The notes below the pieces were generated by a model. That model did no database searches, had not been told where the DNA came from, and saw nothing but the letters and a program-made list of their open reading frames with translations. Both the position numbers and the translations under genes were made by a program. A stretch of 64,000 nt of DNA, from the NCBI RefSeq assembly GCF_009914755.1, contig NC_060935.1. One strand, given 5' to 3'. The stretch comes from the human T2T-CHM13v2.0 reference genome, Homo sapiens. Below are positions 1-18,849 of this stretch, in pieces. Position 1 is the stretch's first letter. Each line of letters starts with the position of its first letter.

Positions 1-453
1 TCATTCCCTTCACCTTTTGCCTTGATGGACAGACGTTGAGTGTGAAAGAACCACAGAACCACCTCCAGGGAGGAATAGGGCTGCTCAGCTCCCCCAAAAG
101 GATGGAGAGCAGCCCGTGACCATCAGTGGGACTGGGAGCTGGGGAGCTGGGGAGCTGGGAAATGCAAAGGCTGCCACCATAGACGTATCGGATCATAGAG
201 GAAAAACCGACAAGAAGGCACTTTGTAATTTATGGAACTATAAATAGAAAAACATGTTTGAAACACCACTGCACTGAAAAATCAATGAGCTGATATGTCC
301 TACAGACACCTATTATAAACTCACCCTTGCTCTATGCTATGTGTGTCAGCTGGGCTATGGGATAAAGATGTTTCAGAGTAGGGAGGGGTGCAGGAAATGA
401 AGACTGTGGTCACAGGAGCAGCCTACCAAGGCTAGGCTGGAGGCACAAGTTAC

Positions 454-619
454 CTGCGATGCGGCTCCCGTAGGCCACGCCCACGGCACAGAAGCTGTTG
501 TTGGGCACAGCCGCGATCTCTCCTGCACATCGCGTGCCATGGTGGTTGCCATTCTCCACATCCGGGTGGGGCATGGGGTCAGGGTCATTAGAGTTGAGGT
601 CATAGCTACCCTCAGGGCT
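454..619 (-). CDS. PCSK7: PCSK7 third coding exon (catalytic domain, His228)
   Basis: Translates [55 protein letters not shown]; subtilisin HGTRCAGE motif; AG acceptor (ct 620-621) and GTAAC donor (449-453). The gene continues left of the window. Confidence 0.97.
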
Positions 620-661
620 CTGAAATATTTTGGAGGTGACATGTGGTCATTCACTGGTTAG

Positions 662-1146
<485 letters not shown>

Positions 1147-1512
1147 TTATGCGAATGTGCCTACAGCTCCACGGCTTGGGAAACCTGGAAAAAAGGCAGG
1201 TAGGGCTCCCTAGAGGCCACGCTTTAGAGAGAGGAAGGCACTCGGATTTCCAACAAGAGGGAAGTTGCCTGCAGGGGCCACTCCTTACTCCTCAGAAAAG
1301 GACTAGAACTGAGAGCAGGATTGTTCTTAGAGTTAGAGCCACCTGCTGTGCCTTGACTGGCTAGCTAGGGAAAAGAAGAGGATGAACCCCATCCCACCTC
1401 CCAGGCTCTTTTATTTGGCCCAAAGACCTCTAGAAAAGGGGACAAGACTGAGGCAACATCAAGAAGGAGGTAAGACGTGGGGAGTGAGGGGTGTCGTTCC
1501 AGGGCCACTCAC

Positions 1513-1647
1513 ATAGTTGGGTGCAATGTCCTGGATGGTGTGTTCCACTCCGTCATCCACTACCACCACCGTCACCCCTCGCCCAGTCACATTGCGTTCC
1601 CACACACCCGTCACGTTGATGTCCCTGCCCGGGCTCCGTCGGTTATT
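1513..1647 (-). CDS. PCSK7: PCSK7 second coding exon (catalytic Asp187)
   Basis: [45 protein letters not shown]; 135 nt, phase 0; VVVVDDG subtilase motif; GTGAGT donor at 1507-1512. Confidence 0.97.
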
Positions 1648-1907
1648 CTGTAAGAGAGACAGGATGGGAATACAGTGACACATAGCACAGCCCAGAGGGA
1701 GATGAAGTTATAGCTAGCAGCCCCTTTTCACCCTTGGCCTCCACCAAAGAGCCAGACAGATTGCAGACCAATAGGTCAGGTGGGAACAGAGTCAAGGAGG
1801 AGCAGGTGAGAGCTCTGCCACAGCCTTGGATTCTAGGAAAGTTTGTCATCAGTCATGGGGGATTCGGGATAAAATGGTAGCTAGGGTGAAGGGTTGGATG
1901 ATACACT

Positions 1908-2217
<310 letters not shown>

Positions 2218-2239
2218 GATGATACACCTCTTATGCCAA

Positions 2240-2490
2240 TGGTAGTATCGTATCACTTATGTCATAGTGTTTACCATGTGTCAGGCATGGTTCTAAGTGC
2301 TACACATGTATACATTCACTTACCCTAACCATAACTCTATGAGGTAGGCACTATTACAATCTCCACTTTACAGATGGAGAAGCTGAGGCACAGAGTTTAA
2401 GCAGCTTGCCCAAATGCACATGCTAGTAAGTGGCAGAGCTGGACCATGAGCCCAGGCAGCCTGGCTGCACCATCTGTGCCCTGAGCACTG
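2240..2490. mobile_element. MIR
   Basis: Core ttacagatggagaagctgaggcacagag. Confidence 0.75.
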
Positions 2491-2673
2491 TAGAACACCG
2501 GCCTCTAGAAGACAGTAGAAGGGAGGGAGAGCCTAGGGAAACACCACAGAACCGGGAAATGGTCCCTCAGGCAAAGGATGGAGGTGACTGAAGAGTGATA
2601 TAGTCAAAAGCCCATTAAAGAACTGGACTGGAACCTACCCACCTGAAACTGCAAACTGCAGGACTGGACTCAC

Positions 2674-3141
2674 CAGGTGCCATTGCTGCGGGTACTTGGG
2701 GTCGTTGAAGTGGACGCTGCGCTTGGCCCGCCTTAGCAGCCTCTGCTCTGAGTGCCAGCGCACAGCTTCATGCCCAGCCAACACAGCCTCCACCTGCTGC
2801 CGGATGGCCTCCACCTCCAGGGCCGGCCTGTGCCCAGCAGGCTGGACAAAGAGGTAGTGCCCCTGAAGCTCTCCGATGCGTCCAGCATTCACCAGCCCTG
2901 CTGCCTGGGCCAAGGCATCCGCCTGCTGCTCCAGAGTCTCTTCCTCCCCGTCACCTTCCAGGCTTTCCAGGTGCACAGCCCAGCTCGGCCCCCCTGTGCC
3001 CTGGCCATCAGGCCCACCTGTCCCTGCCAGGCCCATGACCCAGGGAACCAGTAAGAAGAGCCCGGCTAATTCCAGCCAGAGGCAGGTGGGCAGGCCCAGG
3101 GGGGCATCCAAGTGTGGCACTTTCTGCCTCCCCTTCGGCAT
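2674..3141 (-). CDS. PCSK7: PCSK7 first coding exon: signal peptide, prodomain, RAKR/SV cleavage site
   Basis: [37 protein letters not shown]...[23 protein letters not shown] (156 codons); exon starts at 3153 after tttttctttgtctgcag; GTGAGT donor at 2668-2673. Confidence 0.98.
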
Positions 3142-3645
3142 CAGAGCAGTGGACTGCAGACAAAGAAAAAGGATATGGAAGAGATCAAAGAGCTGGTAAC
3201 TGCAGGAATCTGAGAGGGAGATGCTGAGCCATCCATGTGTTCCCCCTGGAAGTCCCTAAGCCATGCCTTTTAAATTGTGAAACATTTGATCTTCTCTTTT
3301 TGTTCACATTTATCCCTGACCAACAGGGATAAGCCCCCAGGTGGAGTGTGGGCCAGCACTAACACCAGCGGATGGCCTCCCACAGCAAGACAGCCAATCC
3401 TCACGACACCAGCTAATCCAGCAGGAGGTCCAGTTGCTCACAGGCACTGCGAGCAACCCCTGTTGCCACCCACAGGGCTCAAAGCACACATCGCTTCCAC
3501 AAACTACTGGCTGCATCGTGACTGTTCTTTAGCAGAGACAACCCCTTCACCCCTACATTTAGAGGGGACATAAATCTTTCCCTAGCTGACTCCTCAGTCC
3601 AGTTGTCCTCAAGGCTAATTCCCCATAACAGGGCCCCGTGCCCAC

Positions 3646-3765
3646 CTGGATTCTACATGAGGTTGAGCTCCTGGTCTGGCTAACCACGTCACACTCATGT
3701 TGTGCAAATGGAGAAAAGGCATCACTTTCACTGTGAGTAGTGTTGACTCAGCAAAGGCTACAGAC
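3646..3765 (-). other. PCSK7: PCSK7 non-coding exon 2 (120 nt, 5' UTR)
   Basis: Acceptor tttcttctgttcttggatcccacag and donor cag|gtggg on the minus strand; lies between the CpG-island exon and the ATG exon. Confidence 0.8.
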
Positions 3766-5324
3766 CTGTGGGATCCAAGAACAGAAGAAATAATGTCCCA
3801 CCAATCCCAGGGCAACAAGCTGAGGTTAGATAAACTCCAGGACCAGGGACCAAAGAAACTTCATTAATTGTCATTTCCAAAGATCTAAAATCGGTCATAG
3901 ACTGGAGCAGAACTGGTACGGTGAGGCCAAATCAGTATAACACCCAAAAAACCCACTTCCTGTGCTATCGTGCCACCCTCTTTTCATTTTGTTCCCCAGA
4001 GGCCTAGCAAAAAACAGTTACCAAAATGCCTCTTGAAAGAGTAGGTAATAACGTCCTAGAAGTCCAGGTGGTAGCTAACTTCTTGATTTGTATATCCCAG
4101 AAGGATACCAGGGAAAGTGAAAGGAGGGAGGCGGCGGGGGCGAAACGGGGAAAGCCAGAGAGTGCAAACAAAACAGAACAGGCACCAAGGACAAGCGGGC
4201 AACCAGGAGAGAACGAATGATGAGAGAACCTCACTAAGCAGCTACTCCTGTACTGAGCTCAGGAGGCTGGCTTCAAGGTGAGGACTCAGACTCCAGACTG
4301 GGACTCCAATTGCCTGGGTTTGACAGAACCAGGGAATTGGTCTCAGGAGCCCTCAAAAAAAAAAAAAAAAGAGCCAAGTTAGAACTGGGGGACAGACAAA
4401 TGGGGTGGCAGGACATGTGTGTACCTATGGTGGCTGGGCTCCTTTAAAAGCCTTTGCTCTCCACTGGGTCCACCCTGGGGCAGGGCTTAGTACTCAGATA
4501 CACACCCAAGCGGCTCTACCTCAAAGCATTCCAGAAAAATGGGAATTTTACTGAAAGGCTTCCTGGAAAGGAGAACTTATGCCACCTCTCCTTTACCTCT
4601 AAAAATCTTCATACTACATTTCTTCCTCTCGTTTTCTCTTAGGTTTCCAGGCATATTCCCTCTCAATCCCTCCCTGCCCCCGGGAGCCTCAATTCTCCCA
4701 AGATATTTAGGTGTCTTCCCCAGTCTGCATACTCTACTAAGTAAACAAACTAACAAACAAAACCCTTGTTAGCCAGACAGTGGCCCCGCTAGGCAGACTC
4801 CTTCAGACTCAGTAGATCCCACCACAGATGTCAGGAAGAAAGAGAAGCAGGAGCTCCTTCTGTCTACTAGTGGCAAAGCAGCATTTTTATCCCCCAGGCT
4901 TCTGGGAAAGGAACCTTAAATGCCTTCTGAAAGCAGGTCTCAACCTCTCCCAACGGCTAGGCCTCCCTTTACAGCTCTTAATTGACAAGGAAGAAGAGAA
5001 TGGGCAGCCTGGAGTCCAAGATCCTGCTCCCAAGCTACTGTCCTCGCTGTTCCACACCCGGCTCCTAGAAGCCAGCTTGGGTACCGGGTCAGTTTCCCGA
5101 TTCTCCCTCCGTCGGCCTCGATCGCTCCGTGCAATGTGCCCCTCTCCTCATTAGCACCCACATTATCCAGGAATTCTGGGCCCTGGGGCCCCATCTCCTT
5201 GGTCCCCCACGCCAGGACCTCAGGCACCCTCTGTGCAGCTCCCTCATCCTCAGACGCCGGCTTCCCCCACTTCTGGGGCCCCCTGACCACCCAGGTCCAG
5301 CCCCACACCTAGTTCCCAACTCAC

Positions 5325-5410
5325 CGGCCCCGCCGCAGCTGCCGCCGCCTCCCTGCGGAAACTCGCGGCTTCCCGGGAGCCGGAGGAGCAGTGACAGCAG
5401 CATCACTTCC
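5325..5410 (-). other. PCSK7: PCSK7 non-coding exon 1 (TSS approximate)
   Basis: ccg|gtgagt donor at 5319-5324 at the edge of the CpG island, next to ETS and CCAAT motifs. Confidence 0.75.
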
Positions 5411-5850
5411 GCCCGCGGCGCAGCCAATCAGCGCGGCGCCTGCGGCCCGGCGACCCCCGCGGGCCACAGCAACCGGCGCCCGGGGTCCGGCTCCCGCGGG
5501 CGGCCTACGCAGGCAGGGGCCGTGCGGGCGCTGGGGGCTGAACCCGCGGGCTCCGCCTCCCCGAGTCCTCGGGGCATCTTCCACATGGTCCCTCTTCAGA
5601 AGGCTCTCCTTCATGGCGTCCTCTGTAAAGGGCATTTCGGTTCCGACCTTTAAAAGCCACTCGTTGCTCTTCTCCTTCTGACCGCCATGGCCCCGACTGT
5701 CCCTGTAATCTTCCCAGAGGGGATCCTGCCCACCCAGGTCGCCTTCCTTCTCGCAGTCGGCTCTCCCTTCTTCCCCGCGCCCCGGGAGAGTCCACTTGTA
5801 TCTCAGGGGTCTCCCGCAGCATCCCCGTGCCCCGGCGGCGCCAGCTGTCG

Positions 5851-5864
5851 CCGCCAGAGGGCGC
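5851..5864 (+). promoter_or_regulatory. CTCF-like motif
   Basis: CCGCCAGAGGGCGC closely matches the CTCF core consensus. Confidence 0.6.
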
Positions 5865-5939
5865 CGTCGGGGGCGGCGCGGCGCCACCGCGGCCTCTCCT
5901 CTCGCGGCCGGAGCCTCGCCCCCTCCGCTCGTGCCGCCG

Positions 5940-6024
5940 GAAGTGGGAGGTGCCGCGCGCGGGCCGGCGCTCGACCCCTCCCCCCGTGGCTCGGCCGCCC
6001 CCTCCCCCCGCTCCGCCCGCTCAG
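5940..6024 (+). other. RNF214: RNF214 non-coding exon 1 (start approximate)
   Basis: Begins near the CCGGAAGT ETS site and ends at the cag|gtgcgt donor. Confidence 0.7.
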
Positions 6025-7384
6025 GTGCGTCCCGTCCCTCCCCCACTTTCCTCCCGGGGGCGCGGCGCGGGAGGTGTGTGCGGGGCGAGCGTGGGTGGGG
6101 GTTGCGGGGCGAGGGCCGGGCATGGGGGTCGGGTGGGGGGCGTGGAGGGTGCTGTGAGAACCGAGGCGGGGGTCCCGGCCTAGAAGTGGGACGGGGGGGT
6201 GGCTGGCAGCGGGGTGGGGGGACCGAGGGGAAGGGGTGGAGGGGGGTCTGGTCCGAGCCAGCGGCCAGCCTAGCAGTCCCCTGTGGGGGGTGGCCAAGGC
6301 CACCCAGCGCCGCTTCCCCCCATTGTCCCCTTCCCGTCTGTCCCCTGTTCTCGCCCGAGGACCCGTGGCTCCGGCGCCCCTGCTTCGCTGGTGGTCGCCC
6401 CGGGTTGCGGAGTTCTTTTTGGTACACTCGACCCTCCAGCCAGCTGTTCCTACCCGCGCCACGGGCTCTCTAGCCACGGAGTTGCATGCATGGCCCTTGT
6501 CCTGGGGTTTCGTTCACCGGGCGCAGAGGACCCCCCAGCCCTGGGCTATGTTGGAGACGGGATGTTTGCACCTGAGGGAGCAGCAATGGCGGTTTGGGCC
6601 CATTTTCTCCCAGGAGCTTTGTATAATGAGGGAAACTGAGGCACAGAGGGTCTGTGGGCTGTGACTGAGGTGTTGACACAGCCCCATCTACCTATCTGCC
6701 CTATGCGCTCTTCAGTGTTCCGGGGGGGAATACGTGTGATGCTGTTAAAATAAAAGCAAGAATGCAAACTAACCCGATGTTCATCCCCACCTCCCAAGTA
6801 TTTTGATTTTCTTTTCTCCTCATAAGGTCATAAGTTTGCTCTGCGGCATAAAAGATGACCTTTTGATTTTTAAAAAAGGCGTCCGTCCCAGTTCCCTTAC
6901 TTGTGTTACCATGTTTTTTACCTTGACTTTTTCACGCTAGAGAACCCAGGATTCTTTTTTGCACCACTAGTCACTCTGAAGAGTCTGTTCTTTGCTCAGT
7001 TAGTGGGTATCAGGCCTTTCCCATCTGTGGGGAGCACGCTGACAGTAAAATATGCACCCTGGATTGCCCAGTATTGCATTACTTGTTGACTTACAGGCAG
7101 ACACCTCCAAAAACTTCACTTAAATTAATGGAGAATGCTTTGAATGTAACAGCCATAAAGTGATTTAAAAACATGAGATCTGATTGATACTAGGCCGAAA
7201 AGTACGTCTTTTATTAAAAATGATAGCAGACAAGGTAGGCCTGGGACCACTTGGAAGATCCTGGCAGACTAAGATGTATTGTTTGAAATGACTACATTTC
7301 TGCCAAAAGTGAAAATAAGATCTTTGCACAGACTCCTAGATATTTATGTAAATACAGTGACTCCTGAGGATTGCTGCCCACTAG

Positions 7385-7678
<294 letters not shown>

Positions 7679-8122
7679 TAATGTGTGGACTCCTGACTGG
7701 GAAGATTCATTTGGGTAAAGGGTTTTTGAGATGGTCTTGTGTAGCTGGTCTTTCTTTTTGGCTCTGATGGCACTGCACTAGCTTTTTAAAGGTACAGGAC
7801 TGTCTGATCTATCTTTGTATTTCTGGTATCCAACACAGCACCTGATACTCAGCAGGCATGCTAAATGTTTGGGGAATAAATAGAATAGAATACATGGGGT
7901 CAAACTCATTAAAAAATGCAAACATTTTCCAGCCCTTTCCTACGTGGACTGTATGTTCATTTAACCATATGTTTATATGTTATATATGAGAAATGTTATA
8001 TCAGTATGTGTACATGGATATCTAAATATGTATACATACAGATACACAATTACCCAAACTTATATCTCATAGTAGCTAATATGATACATTGTTATGTACA
8101 GTGTTGAACTAAATTAGCTATA

Positions 8123-10677
<2,555 letters not shown>

Positions 10678-11431
10678 CGAGATATTCTTTCAGTTGTTTT
10701 ATTTTGAACTAGTACGACTGAGGAAACAAAGACGCATCAACTTGAATCCCCATTGCTAGTTGGGTATGGTTAAGAGTGTCAGTTATAGAATTAGTTTAAA
10801 AAAAGAGGGTGGGGTCAAAGAAATTAAACATAGGCGTAATTCCTGGGTGAAAGATGTGCAATTGTGAATGTTGGATGTCATTGTAAATATGTTTTAAAGA
10901 CCCCTTTAAAAAGCAGTACCTCACTTCAGCCTGGGTGACAAAGTGAAACCCTGTCTCAAAAAATAAATAAATAAATAAAAAATAAAAGCAATACCTTGAA
11001 TGGCTGTGACAAGTGACAGAATATCCTAATGTTAAGCATATGTATACTTACTGTGTGGGATAAAATTTCTATTGACAGCTTCAATTTTGGATTCAAAATT
11101 GTACTTTAGACAACTTAAAGTGTAGGTTCTATACTCTGGAAAACTGTTGAAGAACCTAAAAAGTGGTTCTGGTCAAAGATCTGTATAATGAGTTTGAATG
11201 AAAATTATTCCTGTGAAAGGTGAGAGAGGAATAAAAACAATACTTCTAAGTTAATATTTGATTATAATATTATGTATAACTAAATTAATACATGTAACTA
11301 AATTAAATATTCTAACTAGTATTAGGCTAATTCATCGGTATCCCCAAAAGTTATTAAAATTGGCACTCAAAAATTATTTGGATCTTCAGAATCATTTATG
11401 TTTGGCCATTTACTGTAGAACCCAGGTTTTT

Positions 11432-11725
11432 GGCCAGCTCACGCCTATAATTCCAACACTTTGGGAGGCTGAGGCAGGCAGATGGATCCCTTGAGTACAG
11501 GAGTTCGAGACCAGCCTGGGCAACATGGCAAAACCGTGCAAAAAATACAAAAAATTAGCTGGGCGTAGTGGCATGTGCCTGTAGTCCTAGTTACTCACAA
11601 GTCTGAGGTGGAGGATTGCTTGAGCCAAGGATGTTGAGACTGTAGTGAGCCTTGATGGCGGCACTGCACTCTAGCTTGGGTGACAGAGTTTAGAACCTCT
11701 CTAAAAACAAAACCAAAAACAAAAA
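11432..11725 (+). mobile_element. AluJ
   Basis: Diverged dimeric Alu ~170 nt upstream of exon 3. Confidence 0.88.
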
Positions 11726-11857
11726 ACTAGGTCTTAACCACCAGGCTATACTACCTGCATACAGGATAGAAATCATTGGATTGAAACTAAGTTCTTTCAT
11801 TATGATAGTCGGGAGGGTTTACGTAGTCTAGTTTTGTTCTTCTAGTAGTTATGTTGA

Positions 11858-12439
<582 letters not shown>

Positions 12440-13098
12440 TAATTGGGGGGTGGTGGGGTTCAGGGTGGGAGATATTTCTTCATATTTGGTGGAGAACTTG
12501 CTGGCTTGTTTTGTTTTTTGTTTTTTTTGCTAGCAACCATCATACTACTCTCATACAGTGCCATACAATGACTTCATTCTGATGTTCAGTAAATAAGAAA
12601 GCCAGTAGCCATTGTCTAATCTTATGGCAAGTAGGAACTTTATGACCTACGTGTAGTCTCTTTCACTGAGTAACTGATGAGTGCAGGACATTAGCATTCA
12701 TATTTATCATCTTTGACCTTGCAGGAAGAATCCTTGTTAATTCTCTGAGTCACATCTTAAGAAGTACAGTGTATCCTGCCTTCTAGTGACGGGTGTGCTT
12801 TGTTGTAGGAGAAAGTATGGGCACAACAGACTGTAGAGGGCAGACGTCTCATCTCAGACTTGAGGCTTTCTCTCAGTCAGTCATTGGGTCTTGTTTGGGT
12901 TATTTTGTGGGACCGATGATTAATGCAGCGTGGATGTTGGTGTCCGTTTGCCAGAACTACATTGCTTAGCTTGCTTGGAAGCTGGTAAGGGGAAAGAGTA
13001 AAAAGTTAGTTACCTGTGGCGGAATTCTAGGTGTTAGTGATTCTGCCTCTTTTAAAGTGTCTCTGAACGATTCTAAATATAACTTTTTTCCTTTATAG

Positions 13099-13158
13099 AC
13101 TGACTTTAAGACAGCTGATTCAGAGGTAAACACAGATCAAGATATTGAAAAGAATTTG
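13099..13158 (+). CDS. RNF214: RNF214 exon 4
   Basis: TDFKTADSEVNTDQDIEKNL; ttatag acceptor, gtaagt donor. Confidence 0.93.
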
Positions 13159-13368
13159 GTAAGTATTTAAACTGTCCTTGTTATATGAAGCCATTATCAA
13201 ATAGAAGATCTAGAGGCATATCATCTCAGTTGGAAAAGGTGCAGGAGTCCCTTTCATAAAATTCCTGACAGATGGTCAGGTGACTTTTCCTTGATCACTT
13301 CCAAAGATGGGAAGCTTACTATCTCACAAAGCAACCAGTTACGTTTAAAAAAAAAAATAGCTCTTATT

Positions 13369-14897
<1,529 letters not shown>

Positions 14898-16446
14898 TTA
14901 TTGTAGCTTTCTCTTGAGCTTTATGGAATAAATCCAGTTCCTTTCCTGCTTGTTAGCCATGTGTATATTTGAAGTTTTTTTATGCCTCCTGCTCTTATTC
15001 TCTTACTCCCCAAGTTCAAACCTTTCCAGGTGAAACATCCTCAGATGTTTTTAGTATTCTTTTTGATACTATTTTGATACTATTTTCCATTTCTTTATCA
15101 TCATTCTTGTTACTTTCACTTAGACATGTTCTATTTTATCAATATTTGTTTTAAAACGTGATCTTGAGAACCATATATAATAGTACAGATACAGTATAAT
15201 TACTTTATAATCCAGTGGGATCTCTCAGTATCTCTCATTCTAGACACTATTTCTTAAGCTTACATTGACTTATTTTGGCAGTTTTTTCATACTGTTAAGC
15301 TTTTAGTCAAATTCCATCCAGTCTTTTTTTCATGTATTATTTACTTGTGTCTTTTTAATTTTATCCCCAGATAGTTGGCTTTTGAAGAGAACGTCACACT
15401 TACCTTTGTTAAAATGCTCCCTTTGATCCATCCCTGGCCTTTTGTGGCTAAAACTTCCACCTTTAAGTATATGGATATCTAAATGTACACTTTTTAAAGG
15501 GAAGGTAATGCTGGGAAAGGCACCCCAGGAAGAGGTCTTTAGGGTAAGATATGTTAATTTATAAAGAGTGGTATAAAAAGGGAAAGTGCTTGTAGCAACC
15601 AGATAAGAGAGTGGATATTTGGTGCAAGTTGAAGAAATTGAAGGGCATACGGAAAAAAGTTACTGGTGTACATTAACCAGATGAAGCCAAGAAAAGTTTT
15701 AAAATAGAGACTAGCAACTTGGGACTTAATTGTAACAGTCAAGTAGATGAAACAGGAACGAATGGAAACCCAGCAAGTTACTGGGCCAGAAGAGGCCCAG
15801 GGTTGAGTTTTGTTTGGCTCTATCTTTTGGGTGGTAGTGAGGTCCACATGCTTTTAAAAAGGCAGTGAGGCCGGGTGCAGTGGCTCACACCTGTAATCTC
15901 AGCACTTTGAGAGGCCAAGGCAGGGGTATCACCTGAAGTCAGGAGTTCAAGACCAGCCTGGCCAACATGGCAAAACCCCATCTCTCCTAAAAATACAAAA
16001 ATTAGCCGAACGTGGTGGCGGGTGCCTGTAATCCCAACTACTCTGGAGGCTGAGGCAGAGAGAATTGCTTGAACTCGGGAGGCGGAGGTTGCCGTAAGCC
16101 GAGATTGCACCACTGCACTCTAGCCTGGGCGACAGAGTGAGACTCTGTCTCAGAAAAGAATAATCTACTGGTTTCAACTTTTCTTTGGTTAAGATCCTCT
16201 TTCAGAATCTTTTGGAAACTTTGAATTCTTATCTCAGAAAAATATATACATTCATCAGTTGCAGAGAGTTCAAAGATTCCGGGGTCCACCTGTAGAAGCC
16301 AGGTTCAGAATCCCTGGAAAGGTGTGATGCTGAGTAATCAGCTGTTTGGGACACATTAGTCACATTTCAGTACATGGACTAAAGATTAGCTTGTCCCAAA
16401 GCCAAGGTCCTATCTTGAGAGCCTTTTTTATTAATTAATTAATTAA

Positions 16447-16626
<180 letters not shown>

Positions 16627-17275
16627 TAGTAGAGATGGGATTGCACTGTGTTGGCCAGGCTGGTCTCGAACTGCTGACCTCAAGTGATCCACCCGCCTCA
16701 GCTTCCCAAAGTGCTGGGATTACAGGCGTGAGCCACTGCGCCCAGCCTTGAGAGCCTTTTGTTAAAATGATTATAATAGGATATTTTCCTCATTTGTTTT
16801 AAAAATTTTTTTTCTTTGAAAATGGTTATTATTTAATGAAAAAATTCAGTTTAGTGCTCTCAGTTTAAATATTATATGGGCTACTTCATACTAAATGTGT
16901 TTTAAGTTGACCCTCTTCAAATTTTAGTGTCCCTTTGAAAGGTAACCATTGATTTTCTTGATTTACTGACATGGGGGTGGCAGAGCTAAACTGTTTTCAG
17001 AAGCACTTCTATTTATTTATTTATTATTGTTATTTTTTGGTAGAGACCAGGTATTACTATGTTGCCCAGGCTGGTCTTCAGCTTCTGGCCTCAAGCAGTC
17101 TTCCTGCCTTGGCCCCTCAAAGCTGAGATTATAGGCTGGAGCCACCGTGCCTTGCCTAGGAGTCTCTCTTCTAATCCCGACTTTATATGAAAGCTTGCTG
17201 AGTTGTTCAGTCTGAATACCAGGTTCCCAGGCCTCTTTAGTGGATCCATCAGTTTTCAGTGTTGTTAACCAGTAA

Positions 17276-17464
<189 letters not shown>

Positions 17465-17746
17465 TAGAGTCCAGGTTTTGCCATGTTGCCCAAGCTGGTC
17501 TCGAATCCCTGAATGCAAGTGATCCGCCCGCCTCAGCCTCCCAAAGTACTACAGTTATAGGTGTGAGCCACCATCCCCAGCCAATCTCATCATATTTTAC
17601 TGAATATAGCCACATATGGCTAGTAGAGTAGCTTCATTATTGGATAGTGCGGTCATAGAGCTCTATACAATGCCTTGGACAGGCACTGGTGAATGTTTCT
17701 TGTGATTAAATTAGGAAATAAGCTTTTCTTGTCTTGTTCATAATAG

Positions 17747-17902
<156 letters not shown>

Positions 17903-17947
17903 TGAAATTGTCAATGAGTTAAGCAACAGTCTCTGATCAAACTTTAA

Positions 17948-18187
<240 letters not shown>

Positions 18188-18202
18188 TGAACTCCAGACT
18201 CA

Positions 18203-18849
<647 letters not shown>

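Larger units (their letters stand above)
5300..6430. promoter_or_regulatory. CpG-island bidirectional promoter PCSK7/RNF214
   Basis: Very GC- and CpG-rich; ETS motifs ACTTCCG 5405-5411 and CCGGAAGT 5937-5944; CCAAT 5424-5428; GC boxes; divergent first exons ~0.5 kb apart. Confidence 0.92.

Noticed and set aside
5321-6477. Long ORFs of 224-368 aa on both strands over the promoter
   Set aside because: Pro/Arg/Gly/Ala-rich frames are expected in a CpG island because stop codons are scarce; no domain is recognisable.
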